DNA of 32,000 nucleotides, taken from positions 1,200,001 through 1,232,000 of the forward strand of contig NC_014972.1 in assembly GCF_000186885.1 (NCBI RefSeq). Reading direction: 5' to 3'. The DNA comes from Desulfobulbus propionicus DSM 2032 (lineage in GTDB: Bacteria > Desulfobacterota > Desulfobulbia > Desulfobulbales > Desulfobulbaceae). The notes beneath the pieces are model-generated. The model worked only from the letters and a program-made list of their open reading frames with translations, was not told the DNA's origin and ran no database searches. Positions 21,101-29,734 of this stretch are shown in pieces; the first letter of the stretch is position 1, and each line of letters opens with the position of its first letter. The position numbers and the translations under genes were made by a program.

Positions 21101-21471
21101 ACCCCCGGGTCGAGGCGGTGACCTTGTCCACCCTCCATGCGGCCAAAGGGCTCGAGTTCCCGGTGGTGTTCATGGCCGGAGTCGAGGATGGCCTGCTGCC
21201 GCTGGCGCCGCGCCGGGAACTGGTTGCCGAGGCCCTGCAGGCGCATGTTCAGGAGGAGCGCCGTTTGTGCTATGTCGGCATCACCCGGGCCAGGTCCACC
21301 CTCTACCTCACCTGGTGCGGGTCGCGATCCCTCTATGGCGGTCGGGCGGAGGACCGTCAGCCTTCCCCCTTGCTGGCCGAACTGCCAGCCGACGTCTTCA
21401 CCCCGCCACCGACAATGCAGCCTGCGACCAAACGCAGGCCTGCACACCGGCAACTTTCGCTATTTTCTTGA
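18184..21471 (+). CDS. fusion protein: EndoQ-like PHP nuclease (TIGR00375-type) plus UvrD/PcrA-type SF1 helicase
   Basis: 1095 aa. Residues ~1-440 carry a PHP motif (ADLHVHSHYS), ETGLSSDPEMN, ISNSDCHSP..LGREAN and a Cys4 zinc finger (EEGKYHCDGHRKCQVC...RCPRCGKPLTIGVLHRV), as in endonuclease Q. A Thr/Val-rich linker follows. The helicase motifs are Q (LNVEQQRAV), I (AGPGTGKTH), Ia (TFTNKAAAE), II (VDEFQDVN), III (GDPDQAIYGFRGA), IV (NYRS), V (TLHAAKGLEFPVVF) and VI (RRLCYVGITRA). The ATG overlaps the nadD stop (ATGA at 18184-18187). Confidence 0.85.
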   Translation: MNYIADLHVHSHYSRATSKASNLYGLAAWAAVKGIGVVGTGDFTHPGWFAHLHDCLEPAEPGFFRLKPEPGRDWSQWLPPGLRPATAPESTRFVLSAEISSIYKRGDKVRKVHNLLYAPDFDAVRRLNATLVTLGNISSDGRPILGLDARDLLEILLEKAPEGFLVPAHIWTPWFSLFGSKSGFDRIEDCFGDLSDHIFALETGLSSDPEMNRLISRLDRFTLISNSDCHSPAKLGREANLFATDFDYFSLRQALRAPLNAAGEHVFRATVEFYPEEGKYHCDGHRKCQVCQEPPETRKTGGRCPRCGKPLTIGVLHRVMELADRSEPVFPIGSPGVHSLIPLQEIVAELLDCGPATKKAVDGYARLINLFGSEFGLLLDTPIDEIRAKGSALLAEAIERVRTNHVIRTPGYDGEFGVIRVFSEGERARLSGQASLFGTVAAASRHTHKRTRLETTTVTTTTVASPPASLNVEQQRAVDSEAPLILVQAGPGTGKTHTLVSRVRRTAGRSTRPCTVITFTNKAAAEVRERLGETAHTGAGITVATFHGYCLSQLRRFQPELRVIGPEERALVLEELHPQWSARQRDALAAAITLGCRQARSPSDPDQQRYFQWLAERSLIDLDALVPRTVALLRGGGNEAESVRAATGHLFVDEFQDVNEAQYALVTLLAQTATVFAIGDPDQAIYGFRGADPRWFHAFIEDVHPECHQLVCNYRSGAMIVRAAEQLISHNPHPVPQAPMQPCGTAPGTIHLQRCANPDQEAIFIADQIELQVGGTSHRSLERFDHAENSASSLRDIGVLYRTSRQAEALATTLSRRGLPFQLVEIEAYYTKGNCRLLYLWMLLLAGLAESCHLLELLGQEQGLGEQGMKVVRTQLGRSLLQDKQRGGVLDSLVLDGTAGAALARFRAFHGQLVGHDGERSLDSILTALMERYQLDPRASDLVRLRETALTFGRSFAAFAAHLQRFSDSVLYDPRVEAVTLSTLHAAKGLEFPVVFMAGVEDGLLPLAPRRELVAEALQAHVQEERRLCYVGITRARSTLYLTWCGSRSLYGGRAEDRQPSPLLAELPADVFTPPPTMQPATKRRPAHRQLSLFS

Positions 21472-21474
21472 GCC

Positions 21475-23169
21475 ATGGACCAGCACTCCTCCTCCCTGCA
21501 GACGCGTATCGCCGAACTTGAGGCCGAGGTGCAGCGGCTGGAGCGGGAAAACAGGAAACTACGCAAAAAGGCCCGCCAGGCCGACTCGGCCAATCAGGCC
21601 AAGTCGGATTTCCTTGCCATGATCAGTCACGAGATACGCACGCCGATGAACGGGGTTATCGGTATCAGCGAGCTGCTGCTCGATACCGATCTACAACCGA
21701 GGCAAAAGCATTTTGCGCACCTCATCCGCACCTCGGCCACCAGCCTGCTGACCCTGATCAACAACCTGCTCGACTTTAGCAAGATCGAAGCCGATAAGAT
21801 GGTCTTGGAAAGCGAGCCCTTTGATTTGCGGGCTTTGCTCGAACAGCTCCTTTCCCTCTATCGGGTAACCGGCAAAAGCAAGGGGCTGCGGGTTAACGCC
21901 GAAATCGATCCCTCCTTGTCCCGGCAGTACGTGGGCGATGCCCACCGATTGCGCCAAGTACTGGTCAATCTGCTCGGCAACGCGGTCAAATTCACCGAGC
22001 AGGGGGCCATCCTCCTGCGGGTGCGCAAGGAACGAGCAGGGGAAACAGCCGAGCTGCTCCGTTTCGAGGTGGAGGATTCGGGCGTGGGCATTGCCGAGGG
22101 TTCCATGGACAAGCTCTTTCAACCCTTTTCCCAGGTCGACAGCTCCTCCACCCGACGGTACGGCGGTACTGGCCTGGGGCTGTCCATCTGTGCCAGATTG
22201 ATCAAGCTGATGGAGGGCGAATTTGGTGCCCGCTCCGAATACGGCAAGGGCTCGACCTTCTGGTTCTCGCTGCCTCTGAGGGTGGCGCGACAGGCTGCAG
22301 AGATCGAAGGCGCGCCTGTGGACAGCGGTCAGCCGCCCACCGCTGTCGCCGAGGTCGAATCGTCGCCGGCTTGCGAGGGAGGCGACCTGCGGCTGTTGCT
22401 GGTCGACGACGAGGAAACCAACCGGATCGTCATGGCGGAAACCTTTCGTCCCACCGGCGTGGAGGTGGTCGTCGCCGCCAACGGGCAAGAGGCCATCGAG
22501 CTGTGCCGGGACAACAGGTTCAACCTGATCTTCATGGATTGCCAGATGCCGGTCGTCGATGGATTTGCCGCGACTAGAACCATCTTGCAGGAGGCGGAAC
22601 GCAAACACCGACAGGCACCGCCGGTCATTGCCCTTACCGCCGACGTCACCGCTGCCGCCAAGAAACGGTGCCAGGAGGTCGGCATGGTCGATTACCTGGC
22701 TAAACCTATTGATTTCAGACAATTGCAGGTGGTGCTCTCCCACTGGCTTCCGGAGCTGCGCATGTCGGTGGTGCCCAGGTCGCTGGCCGGAACAGCGGAG
22801 GTCGCGGGCGTTGACACGCCAAGGGAAAGCGACGGTTCCGCAGTGGTCAACACCGCCGTGCTGGGGCGATTGCGCGAGAATGTCGGCAATCTCGCGCCGG
22901 TGATCGGTGTCTTTCTTCGCGCCCTGGACCGACGTGTCGCCGAGTTGGACCAGGCCGTGCAGGCTAGGGACGCCCAGGCCATCAACAAGGTCGCCCATAC
23001 CATGAAAGGCAGCAGCAGCCAGTTCGGGGCCGAGGAACTGGCCAATCTGTGCCTGCTGGCGGAAAACATGGGCAAGAGCGGCAATATCCAACAAGTTGAC
23101 CGTATCCATCAGCAGATCGTCGAGTCGGCGGCCAGGGTGAAACAATTTTTCAGTCAACCGCTTGATTAA
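21475..23169 (+). CDS. cytoplasmic hybrid histidine kinase (coiled coil-HisKA-HATPase-REC-HPt), with no recognisable sensor domain
   Basis: 564 aa, starting 3 nt after the helicase stop. There are no TM segments. A ~45-aa coiled coil ([21 protein letters not shown]) runs directly into the H-box [17 protein letters not shown]. It also has N/G boxes, a receiver (LLLVDDEE...[13 protein letters not shown]...KP) and a C-terminal HPt ([17 protein letters not shown]). Confidence 0.9.
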   Translation: MDQHSSSLQTRIAELEAEVQRLERENRKLRKKARQADSANQAKSDFLAMISHEIRTPMNGVIGISELLLDTDLQPRQKHFAHLIRTSATSLLTLINNLLDFSKIEADKMVLESEPFDLRALLEQLLSLYRVTGKSKGLRVNAEIDPSLSRQYVGDAHRLRQVLVNLLGNAVKFTEQGAILLRVRKERAGETAELLRFEVEDSGVGIAEGSMDKLFQPFSQVDSSSTRRYGGTGLGLSICARLIKLMEGEFGARSEYGKGSTFWFSLPLRVARQAAEIEGAPVDSGQPPTAVAEVESSPACEGGDLRLLLVDDEETNRIVMAETFRPTGVEVVVAANGQEAIELCRDNRFNLIFMDCQMPVVDGFAATRTILQEAERKHRQAPPVIALTADVTAAAKKRCQEVGMVDYLAKPIDFRQLQVVLSHWLPELRMSVVPRSLAGTAEVAGVDTPRESDGSAVVNTAVLGRLRENVGNLAPVIGVFLRALDRRVAELDQAVQARDAQAINKVAHTMKGSSSQFGAEELANLCLLAENMGKSGNIQQVDRIHQQIVESAARVKQFFSQPLD

Positions 23170-23241
23170 TTTTTAGATCATCCTACAATGATTGAGGATG
23201 CGTTCATTGAACACAATATCTTCCATGGGGATGAATAGGTT

Positions 23242-24570
23242 ATGACGGTCTCCCTCTTGTCGGGTGCCACGCCGGTCATTCTGATTGTCGATGATGACGA
23301 GGTGATCCGCATGCTCATGCGCCAGTTTCTGGAGGCCGAGGGCTATGCGGTGGTCGAGGCGGAGGACGGCCGTGCGGCGCTGGAAAAAGTGGCGGAACAG
23401 TCGTTTGATCTGGTGATCCTCGACATTGCCATGCCGGGCATCGATGGCCCCAGCGTGTGCGAGCACATCCGGTCGTCGATGACGGATCCGCCACCGGTGC
23501 TCATGATAACGGCCCTGGACGACGAAAAAAGCATCGAACGGTCGTATGGGGCCGGGGCGGTCGACTACATTCGCAAGCCGCTGCGATGGGCGGTGTTGAA
23601 AAATCGTATCCGCTACATCCTGGGTTCCCATCGGGCCAAGCAGGAATTGGAACTGCTGTCGCGCAACTACGAAATGATCCTTGATGCCGCCGCCAACGGC
23701 ATTTGCGGCGTCGACGACCGGGGCGCGATCAGTTACATCAACCCCGCCGCCCTGAAAATGCTGGGCTACACCAACGACGAGGTCAGAGGGGAAAAGTGTT
23801 CGGAGATTTTCAAGATATCCCTGCCCGGCAGCGATGATTTTTCCGAGGCCTGCTGCCCCTATCTGACGCAGCCCGACCAGCGATCGACCGTCTGTTACGA
23901 CGAGGCCAGGATGCTGCGCAAGGACGGTACCAGTTTCCCGGTGGACTTTCGTTCAACCCCGATCCGCCAGGGACAGCGGTTGGTCGGCGGGGTGCTGGTT
24001 TTCCAGGATGTCACCGAGCGGCAGGAAGCGGCGGAGTTGATCCGCTACATGGCCAACCACGATCCGCTGACCAATCTGCCCAACCGCAACTACTTCCGCA
24101 GACGATTGCCGCAGGCTGTTTCCCTGGCCAAGCGCTACGGCCGCATTCTCTGCCTGTTGTTCATCGACCTCGACCGGTTCAAGCCGATCAACGACCAGTT
24201 CGGCCATGGGGTCGGTGACATCGTGCTGATGCAGGTGGGGGAACGGTTGCGCAGCGTGCTGCGAACCTCGGATTCAGTCTGCCGGCTGGGAGGCGACGAG
24301 TTCGTCATCCTGCTGGAGAGTACCGATACCCTGGAGGGCGCCACCCGGGTGGCGCAGAAGGTGATCGATTCGCTCAACGAGCCGATCGAGGCGGGCGATC
24401 ATATTTGCTTCATTGGCGCCAGCATCGGTATCTCGGTTTTTCCCAACGACTGCAGCGACGCCGAAACCATGCTTCGCCACGCCGATATCGCCATGTACGA
24501 GGCCAAGAAAAAAGGCCGTAACTGCTGGCAGTTGTACGCGCCCCTCACATCCCCTGGGCAATCGTCCTGA
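23242..24570 (+). CDS. response regulator-PAS-GGDEF diguanylate cyclase
   Basis: 442 aa. The receiver has ILIVDDDE...LVILDIAMPGIDG...KP. A PAS domain follows (ILDAAANGICGVDDRGAISYINPAA). The GGDEF domain has an intact RLGGDEF and an RxxD I-site (RTSD) 5 residues upstream. Confidence 0.92.
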   Translation: MTVSLLSGATPVILIVDDDEVIRMLMRQFLEAEGYAVVEAEDGRAALEKVAEQSFDLVILDIAMPGIDGPSVCEHIRSSMTDPPPVLMITALDDEKSIERSYGAGAVDYIRKPLRWAVLKNRIRYILGSHRAKQELELLSRNYEMILDAAANGICGVDDRGAISYINPAALKMLGYTNDEVRGEKCSEIFKISLPGSDDFSEACCPYLTQPDQRSTVCYDEARMLRKDGTSFPVDFRSTPIRQGQRLVGGVLVFQDVTERQEAAELIRYMANHDPLTNLPNRNYFRRRLPQAVSLAKRYGRILCLLFIDLDRFKPINDQFGHGVGDIVLMQVGERLRSVLRTSDSVCRLGGDEFVILLESTDTLEGATRVAQKVIDSLNEPIEAGDHICFIGASIGISVFPNDCSDAETMLRHADIAMYEAKKKGRNCWQLYAPLTSPGQSS

Positions 24571-25000
24571 TAATATCCGATTTGCCGATCACCCCCACCA
24601 ACGTGCCCTCGGCCATCACCGGCAGGGTGTGCATCTTTTTTTCCGCCATCAGGGTGGCCAATTCCTCCAGGTCGGTTTCCGGACCGACGCTGATCAGGGG
24701 AGTTGAACAGATATCGCCCACCCTGGTACCGGCCATCTTCCTCAGTTCCTCTTTCATCCGATCCGGCGGTTCAAGAAAGACAAAGGCGTCGAGAATGGCG
24801 AAGGCTGTCGGCAAATGGACCTTTTTGTTCTGAAAAATCAGATCGCTTTCGGTGACCACGCCGATCACCTTGCCTGCCTCGTCGACTACCGGGGCGCCGC
24901 TGATCTTGTGGGACAACAGCAGGGCCGCCAGTTCGCGCACACTGGTTCGGGCGTTGACCGTGATCACCTCGCGGGTCATGATGTCTTGTGCTTTCAACAT
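24545..25000 (-). CDS. CBS-pair domain protein
   Basis: Track ORF 24545..25255 is trimmed to the ATG at 25000 (MLKAQDIMTREVITV...), preceded by AGGAGA. It has two CBS repeats, 151 aa in total. It overlaps the nnr stop by 7 nt, and its 3' end overlaps the convergent GGDEF gene by 26 nt. Confidence 0.88.
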   Translation of the reverse strand: MLKAQDIMTREVITVNARTSVRELAALLLSHKISGAPVVDEAGKVIGVVTESDLIFQNKKVHLPTAFAILDAFVFLEPPDRMKEELRKMAGTRVGDICSTPLISVGPETDLEELATLMAEKKMHTLPVMAEGTLVGVIGKSDIIRTIAQGM

Positions 25001-26601
25001 GGTCTCTCCTTGGTGGAAGGTGGAATGAAGGTGCCGATGATTTTTGGCAGCAGCTGCGCCACCTCGGAGGCGGCATAGCCGTAGGGGTGTTCGGCGGCCA
25101 GGCGATCGGCGGCCAGACCGTGGAGATAGACCCCGAGGCAGGCAGCCTGCCAGGGATCGTAGCCTTGGACCAACAAGCCGCCAATGATGCCGGCGAGCAC
25201 GTCTCCCATGCCGCCGGTGCCCATGCCCGGATTGCCGGAGGTGTTGATCGCCCATTCACCGCTGCCTGCCGCAATCACCGTGCCTGCACCCTTGAGCACG
25301 GTGACGACCGGCGGCCCCGCCGTGCCGATGATCTCGTTGAGCCGCCGAGCGGCGGCGAGGCGGTCGGTCTGGACCTCGCCGATGGTGCAGCCGAGCAGGC
25401 GGGCCATCTCGCCCGGATGGGGGGTGAGGATGCGTGGCCCGGCCGGTTGGCCGAGCATTTCCGGATGGGCAGCGAGGATGTTGAGGGCATCGGCGTCGAT
25501 CACCTGCGCACAGCTGTTTTGCGTGTACAGCCGGAGGATCAGTTGCGCCGTGGTCTCCTCGGTTCCGATGCCCGGGCCAACAACCATGCCGTCCTTGCCT
25601 TGGACGGCGGATTCGATGAGGCCATGGTCCTCGACGGAGAACCGTCCCCGGGAAGCGGGCAAAGGCAGGGACATTGATTCGGCAATGGCGGTTTCAAAGA
25701 TGGGGTTGAGATCCCCGGGTACGGCAAAGGTGACCAAGCCGGTACCGCTGCGCAGCGCCCCCTGACCGCAGAGCAGGGCGGCGCCGGTCTTGCCGAGGGA
25801 ACCGGCAAGAATGAGCAGGTGGCCGTTTGCACCCTTGTGCGCCGCAGTGGCCCGGTGGCGCAGCAGGCTACCCAGATCGTGGTCCAGCAGCGCCCCCTCC
25901 AGTTTCATTTGCGCCACCACCTTGGGGGGAATGCCGATATCGACCCGCTCCAGACGGCCGACGCAAGGACCGCCATGGTGGGCATGGCCGGGTTTGGGCA
26001 GGCCGTAGGTGACGGTCAGGTCGGCCTGGACTGCCGCCCCGTGGATGGCGCCGGTGTCGCTGTCCAACCCCGAGGGAATATCGACGCTGACCACCGGCAG
26101 CCGATGCCGCTCATGGAGGATGTTGATGCAATTGATCACGTCAAGAAACGGCCCACTGACCTCGCGGGTCAGGCCGGTGCCGAAGAGAGCATCCACCAGG
26201 GAGTGCATCGGATGGATGCGGTTGAGCGTCAGCACCGTGTCGATCAGAGTCAGCATCTTCTCCGAATAATCGAGAATCTGGAAGGGCAAGTGCAACCGCT
26301 TGAGGATCGCGAAGTTGAGCGCCGCGTCCCTCTGGAGCTGTTCCGGATCGAGGATGAAAAAGACAAAGGGAAAGGCGCCCAGACCGTGTACCGTGCGGGC
26401 AATGACCAGGCCATCGCCGCCGTTGTTGCCGGGACCGGCAAAAATGCACACGGTTTTTCCCTTGACCGGCCCAAGGAACCCTTCCATCAGGTCAACCGTT
26501 CCCCGGCCGGCGTTTTCCATCAGCACCATGCCGGGAATACCTATCTCTTCAATGGTCCGTCGGTCAAGTTCGCGCATCTGCGCGGCAAGAGCCAGTTGCA
26601 T
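24994..26601 (-). CDS. nnr: bifunctional NAD(P)H-hydrate repair enzyme (epimerase/ADP-dependent dehydratase)
   Basis: Track ORF is trimmed to the ATG at 26601 (MQLALAAQMRELDRRTIEE...), with AAGGAG upstream. The YjeF_N half has GPGNNGGDG. The C-terminal carbohydrate-kinase half has GSLGKTGAA...TGGMGDVLAG. Confidence 0.93.
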   Translation of the reverse strand: MQLALAAQMRELDRRTIEEIGIPGMVLMENAGRGTVDLMEGFLGPVKGKTVCIFAGPGNNGGDGLVIARTVHGLGAFPFVFFILDPEQLQRDAALNFAILKRLHLPFQILDYSEKMLTLIDTVLTLNRIHPMHSLVDALFGTGLTREVSGPFLDVINCINILHERHRLPVVSVDIPSGLDSDTGAIHGAAVQADLTVTYGLPKPGHAHHGGPCVGRLERVDIGIPPKVVAQMKLEGALLDHDLGSLLRHRATAAHKGANGHLLILAGSLGKTGAALLCGQGALRSGTGLVTFAVPGDLNPIFETAIAESMSLPLPASRGRFSVEDHGLIESAVQGKDGMVVGPGIGTEETTAQLILRLYTQNSCAQVIDADALNILAAHPEMLGQPAGPRILTPHPGEMARLLGCTIGEVQTDRLAAARRLNEIIGTAGPPVVTVLKGAGTVIAAGSGEWAINTSGNPGMGTGGMGDVLAGIIGGLLVQGYDPWQAACLGVYLHGLAADRLAAEHPYGYAASEVAQLLPKIIGTFIPPSTKERPC

Positions 26602-26686
26602 GAACGATACACTCCTTTCAAGGGGTTCGAGGGGACTGCAATGGGGCTCCGTCGTTTCGGGTGGAAAATAGCCCGTTTCTCCTATC

Positions 26687-26715
26687 ACTATAGAATGATG
26701 AGCGGATCAGGGCAA
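26687..26715 (-). promoter_or_regulatory. putative sigma70 promoter for nnr-CBS
   Basis: The minus strand reads TTGCCC, a 17-nt spacer, then TATAGT, about 85 nt upstream of the nnr ATG. Pattern match only. Confidence 0.3.
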
Positions 26716-26791
26716 CCATCCAAGAGGGGGGACGGAAAATCGCCAGCATGGTTGAAAGGCACCCGCACAGACCGAAGAGTGTTCGCATGGG

Positions 26792-28318
26792 TCAATCCGT
26801 GGAAGTCTGTTTTTTTCTCAGTGATTCTTCACAGAACTCGCAGGCTATGAAACCAGCTGCCTTGGCCTGCTCCACGTCCTTGAAGGCCATCCGGCACTGC
26901 GGGCAGTCATAGTCCGTGCAATCCGGTAGGTGAAAGAGGCCAGTGGTACTGTCGGCATGGATCGGCAGCTGGTCGACCGAGTCCTTGGTTGCTGCCGGCC
27001 GCTCCTTGGTCCCCCGCATACGGTGCAGCATCGACTGTCCCACGGCAGCGACCCGCTGACAGGCGGTTTTGAGAAAGCGGTCGTAAAGGGCGAGCACAAA
27101 GAGCTGGACCTGTTCCGGCACCAGGGGCCGTTCCCGGTTCACCCGCCAGAAAATGACAACGGTGAGGACGGAAAAGAGGATGTTGGGCAGCCACATGCCC
27201 AGCACCAGGGGCAGGGTGCCCTCCTCGCTCATCACCCGGGCGGTGGTGAAGGCGATGTAATAGAGGACAAAGACGACCAGCCCCAGCGGGATGCCCACGG
27301 CCCGGCGGCCGGGCGCGGCCTGCAGTCCCAGGGGCAAACCGAGGATGCTGAGGATGAAGCAGCCCACCGGCAGGGCCAGGCGGTGGTGATATTCGGAAAG
27401 GAAAATGCGATGGAGCTTGGAGTTGGGCTTTTGTTTGGCCGCGGCCCGTAACAGTTGCTGCTGGCTCATGGCCCCTCGGGTCTGGCTGGTAACATCCTCC
27501 TTGCCGATCTGGGTGGGAGGACGGAGGGAAATCTGCAATTGATAGCGACCGAACCGGACCACCTGATTGTCCGTGCCCTCGTTGTTGTGCAGGGTGCCGT
27601 CGTTGAGGACAATGGTGACCGTCATTCGTTCCATTTCCGCCTCCATGTGGCCGGATTTGGCCACGGTGATCAGTGGCTGCGTCCTGCCGCGCATGTCGGA
27701 AACGTACACTCCATGCCAGCGCTGCTGATCGTCGATTTCATCGACATAGACCACGATGTCGCCCAGGGCTTCGGTGAATTCCCTGGCCTTGAGCCCCTTG
27801 TCGATCTTCTCCTTGGCCAGCTCGAACATCAGCTGCTTGAACCCCAGCGCGCCGGCGGGGATGAGGCGGATGGAGAAAAAGCCGGTCAGGGTGGCGATGG
27901 CGGCGGCAATGAGAATCACCGGCGGCAGCATCTGCTTGAGGCTGACGCCGCAGGCCTTGAGCGCCAGGATTTCGCGGTCGTTGGTCAGCCGGGTGAAGCC
28001 GACGATCACCCCGGCCATGCTGGCCATGGGAATGATGTAGAGCAGCATCCGGGGAAAGATGTAGGAAAACAGGCGGATGAAATCCGCCAGGCCAATGCGC
28101 AGGGCCAACACCACCTCGAGCAGCGGAATCAGCCGCACCAGGAAAAAGACGCAGTAAAGGATGAGGAAACTGGCGAAAAAGGGAGCCAACAGCTCGTTGG
28201 CGATGTAGCTGTAGAGCAGCAGAGGAGGCCGCCGCAGACGGAAGCCGGAATCGTTGTTCCGTCTTCCCGTGGTTTGGGTCCGGTCTGTTGGTGCTGCCGG
28301 AGTTGGATCAGGACTCAT
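26792..28318 (-). CDS. LptF/LptG (YjgP/YjgQ) family permease with a ~117-aa Cys-rich cytoplasmic C-terminal tail
   Basis: The core matches YjgP/YjgQ permeases (YIANELLAPFFASFLILYCVFFL..., a periplasmic beta-jellyroll-like middle, C-terminal TM segments). The tail ends in HLPDCTDYDCPQCRMAFKDVEQAKAAGFIACEFC. I chose the ATG at 28318. The track start at 28345 is a TTG and is equally possible. Either start overlaps the end of the M23 gene. Confidence 0.85.
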   Translation of the reverse strand: MSPDPTPAAPTDRTQTTGRRNNDSGFRLRRPPLLLYSYIANELLAPFFASFLILYCVFFLVRLIPLLEVVLALRIGLADFIRLFSYIFPRMLLYIIPMASMAGVIVGFTRLTNDREILALKACGVSLKQMLPPVILIAAAIATLTGFFSIRLIPAGALGFKQLMFELAKEKIDKGLKAREFTEALGDIVVYVDEIDDQQRWHGVYVSDMRGRTQPLITVAKSGHMEAEMERMTVTIVLNDGTLHNNEGTDNQVVRFGRYQLQISLRPPTQIGKEDVTSQTRGAMSQQQLLRAAAKQKPNSKLHRIFLSEYHHRLALPVGCFILSILGLPLGLQAAPGRRAVGIPLGLVVFVLYYIAFTTARVMSEEGTLPLVLGMWLPNILFSVLTVVIFWRVNRERPLVPEQVQLFVLALYDRFLKTACQRVAAVGQSMLHRMRGTKERPAATKDSVDQLPIHADSTTGLFHLPDCTDYDCPQCRMAFKDVEQAKAAGFIACEFCEESLRKKQTSTD

Positions 28319-29690
28319 TGAACGCGGATTTGATGTTGACGTCAATCCAGTGCTGATCCCACCATTCGATGGGGGTGACGAAAATACCGTGCACCAGCAT
28401 GGAGAAATGGAGGTGGTCGCCGCCAGCCATGCCGGTCGCCCCGGAACGGCCGATCGGCTGGTTCTTTTCCACCAGGGTGCCCACGGTGGTGTCGATGCTG
28501 CTCAGGTGGGAGTAGAGGCTGGCAATGCCCTGGCCGTGGTCGATGATGACCATGTTGCCGTAGATGCCCAGATAGTCGGCGAACACCACCTTGCCCCGGT
28601 TGGCGGCGCGAATCTCGGCCCGTTCCAATGAGGCGATGTCCACCCCGAGATGGGTCTGGGTATCGATGGCTGTGCCGTTGTAGAGATAGGTGCGCTGGTC
28701 GGCGTATCCCGCCCGCCCCGAACCGGGCATGCGCAGGAAGCGATCCGACCACAGCTGCTGCGGATCAGTGGCGGCACAGACCTTGGCGATGGCTTCGGCG
28801 TTGTTCCGCCGGATCTGGTTGTTGACATAGAGATACTTTTCCACCAGGGTGCCGGTGCCCTGCATCTCCGGGTAGTGTTGCTCGAACTCCGGCATCTTCT
28901 GCAGCAGGAACTGCTCGCTGATCGTGATGCTGTCGCGCTTGTCCGGAACCGGCTTGAACACGGCGGCAAAAGGGGCAGTGCCTTCGTTGCCGGCCTCGTC
29001 GTAGGCCACGATCCGAGTTTTTTCCGGCTGGCCGGCGTCCCAGGGCAGGGCGAAGTAGGCGACGTAGGTATTGTTCTTGCCGGTGGCAAATCCGGGGAAG
29101 AAGACATTGTCGATCAAGACGCCGTGGCGGGCCGGCAGTTCGGCGACCGTGTACAGCGCCATGCCGCTGCCGCCCGGCTGGATGACCCGCTGGCCATGGA
29201 CCAGGGCGACCTTGGGCGGGACGGTGTCCATGGTCACCGGGATACGGGTGAGGGTGCGGTTGCCCTTGAACAGGCCGTTGAGAGAAAAATCACGCACCAG
29301 GATGATCAACTCGGCGTCACCTTCCTTGATTCCGGCCTTTTGGGCGTCGATCACCACTTTTTCGTTGAGCGATTGCGGGCCGGCGGGCTTGAACCAGGCG
29401 GCGCGCGGGAAGGTTCGCTCTAACAACGTGGCGCTCTTGTCGCCTTGGGCAAGAGTGATGATCACCGCGCTGATGCCGCTTTTGTTGTCGGTGGCATGCA
29501 GGGGCAGTTCGATTCGGCCGCCCAGGTATTTGATCTGCTTGTCAAGCACCAGGGTCGGTTTTTCAAACTCGAAAAGGAGAAAGGCGACAACGGCCAGGGC
29601 CAAGCCGGCGGTGGTGGCCAGGGCAAGGAAAAACATCTTGAAAAAACCGCCTTTTCGCGATGAACCGCGCAATCGGATGTGGGTTGCCAT
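28308..29690 (-). CDS. M23 family (LytM-type) metallopeptidase
   Basis: 460 aa with an N-terminal TM/signal anchor (FFLALATTAGLALAVVAFLLF). The C-terminal M23 domain has HLGVDIA and GDHLHFSMLVHG zinc-ligand motifs. An alternative start is ATG 29636. Confidence 0.9.
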   Translation of the reverse strand: MATHIRLRGSSRKGGFFKMFFLALATTAGLALAVVAFLLFEFEKPTLVLDKQIKYLGGRIELPLHATDNKSGISAVIITLAQGDKSATLLERTFPRAAWFKPAGPQSLNEKVVIDAQKAGIKEGDAELIILVRDFSLNGLFKGNRTLTRIPVTMDTVPPKVALVHGQRVIQPGGSGMALYTVAELPARHGVLIDNVFFPGFATGKNNTYVAYFALPWDAGQPEKTRIVAYDEAGNEGTAPFAAVFKPVPDKRDSITISEQFLLQKMPEFEQHYPEMQGTGTLVEKYLYVNNQIRRNNAEAIAKVCAATDPQQLWSDRFLRMPGSGRAGYADQRTYLYNGTAIDTQTHLGVDIASLERAEIRAANRGKVVFADYLGIYGNMVIIDHGQGIASLYSHLSSIDTTVGTLVEKNQPIGRSGATGMAGGDHLHFSMLVHGIFVTPIEWWDQHWIDVNIKSAFNES

Positions 29691-29734
29691 GGGAAGGTCG
29701 TGTGGGGTGGAATTGATCGGATCTTTGGGTTGTT

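Noticed and set aside
23170-23241. AT-rich spacer with a small palindrome (CATCCT, 10-nt gap, AGGATG) and TTGAGG-17-AATATC upstream of the GGDEF gene.
   Set aside because: The stem is only 6 bp and the -10 match is poor. I cannot separate this from chance.
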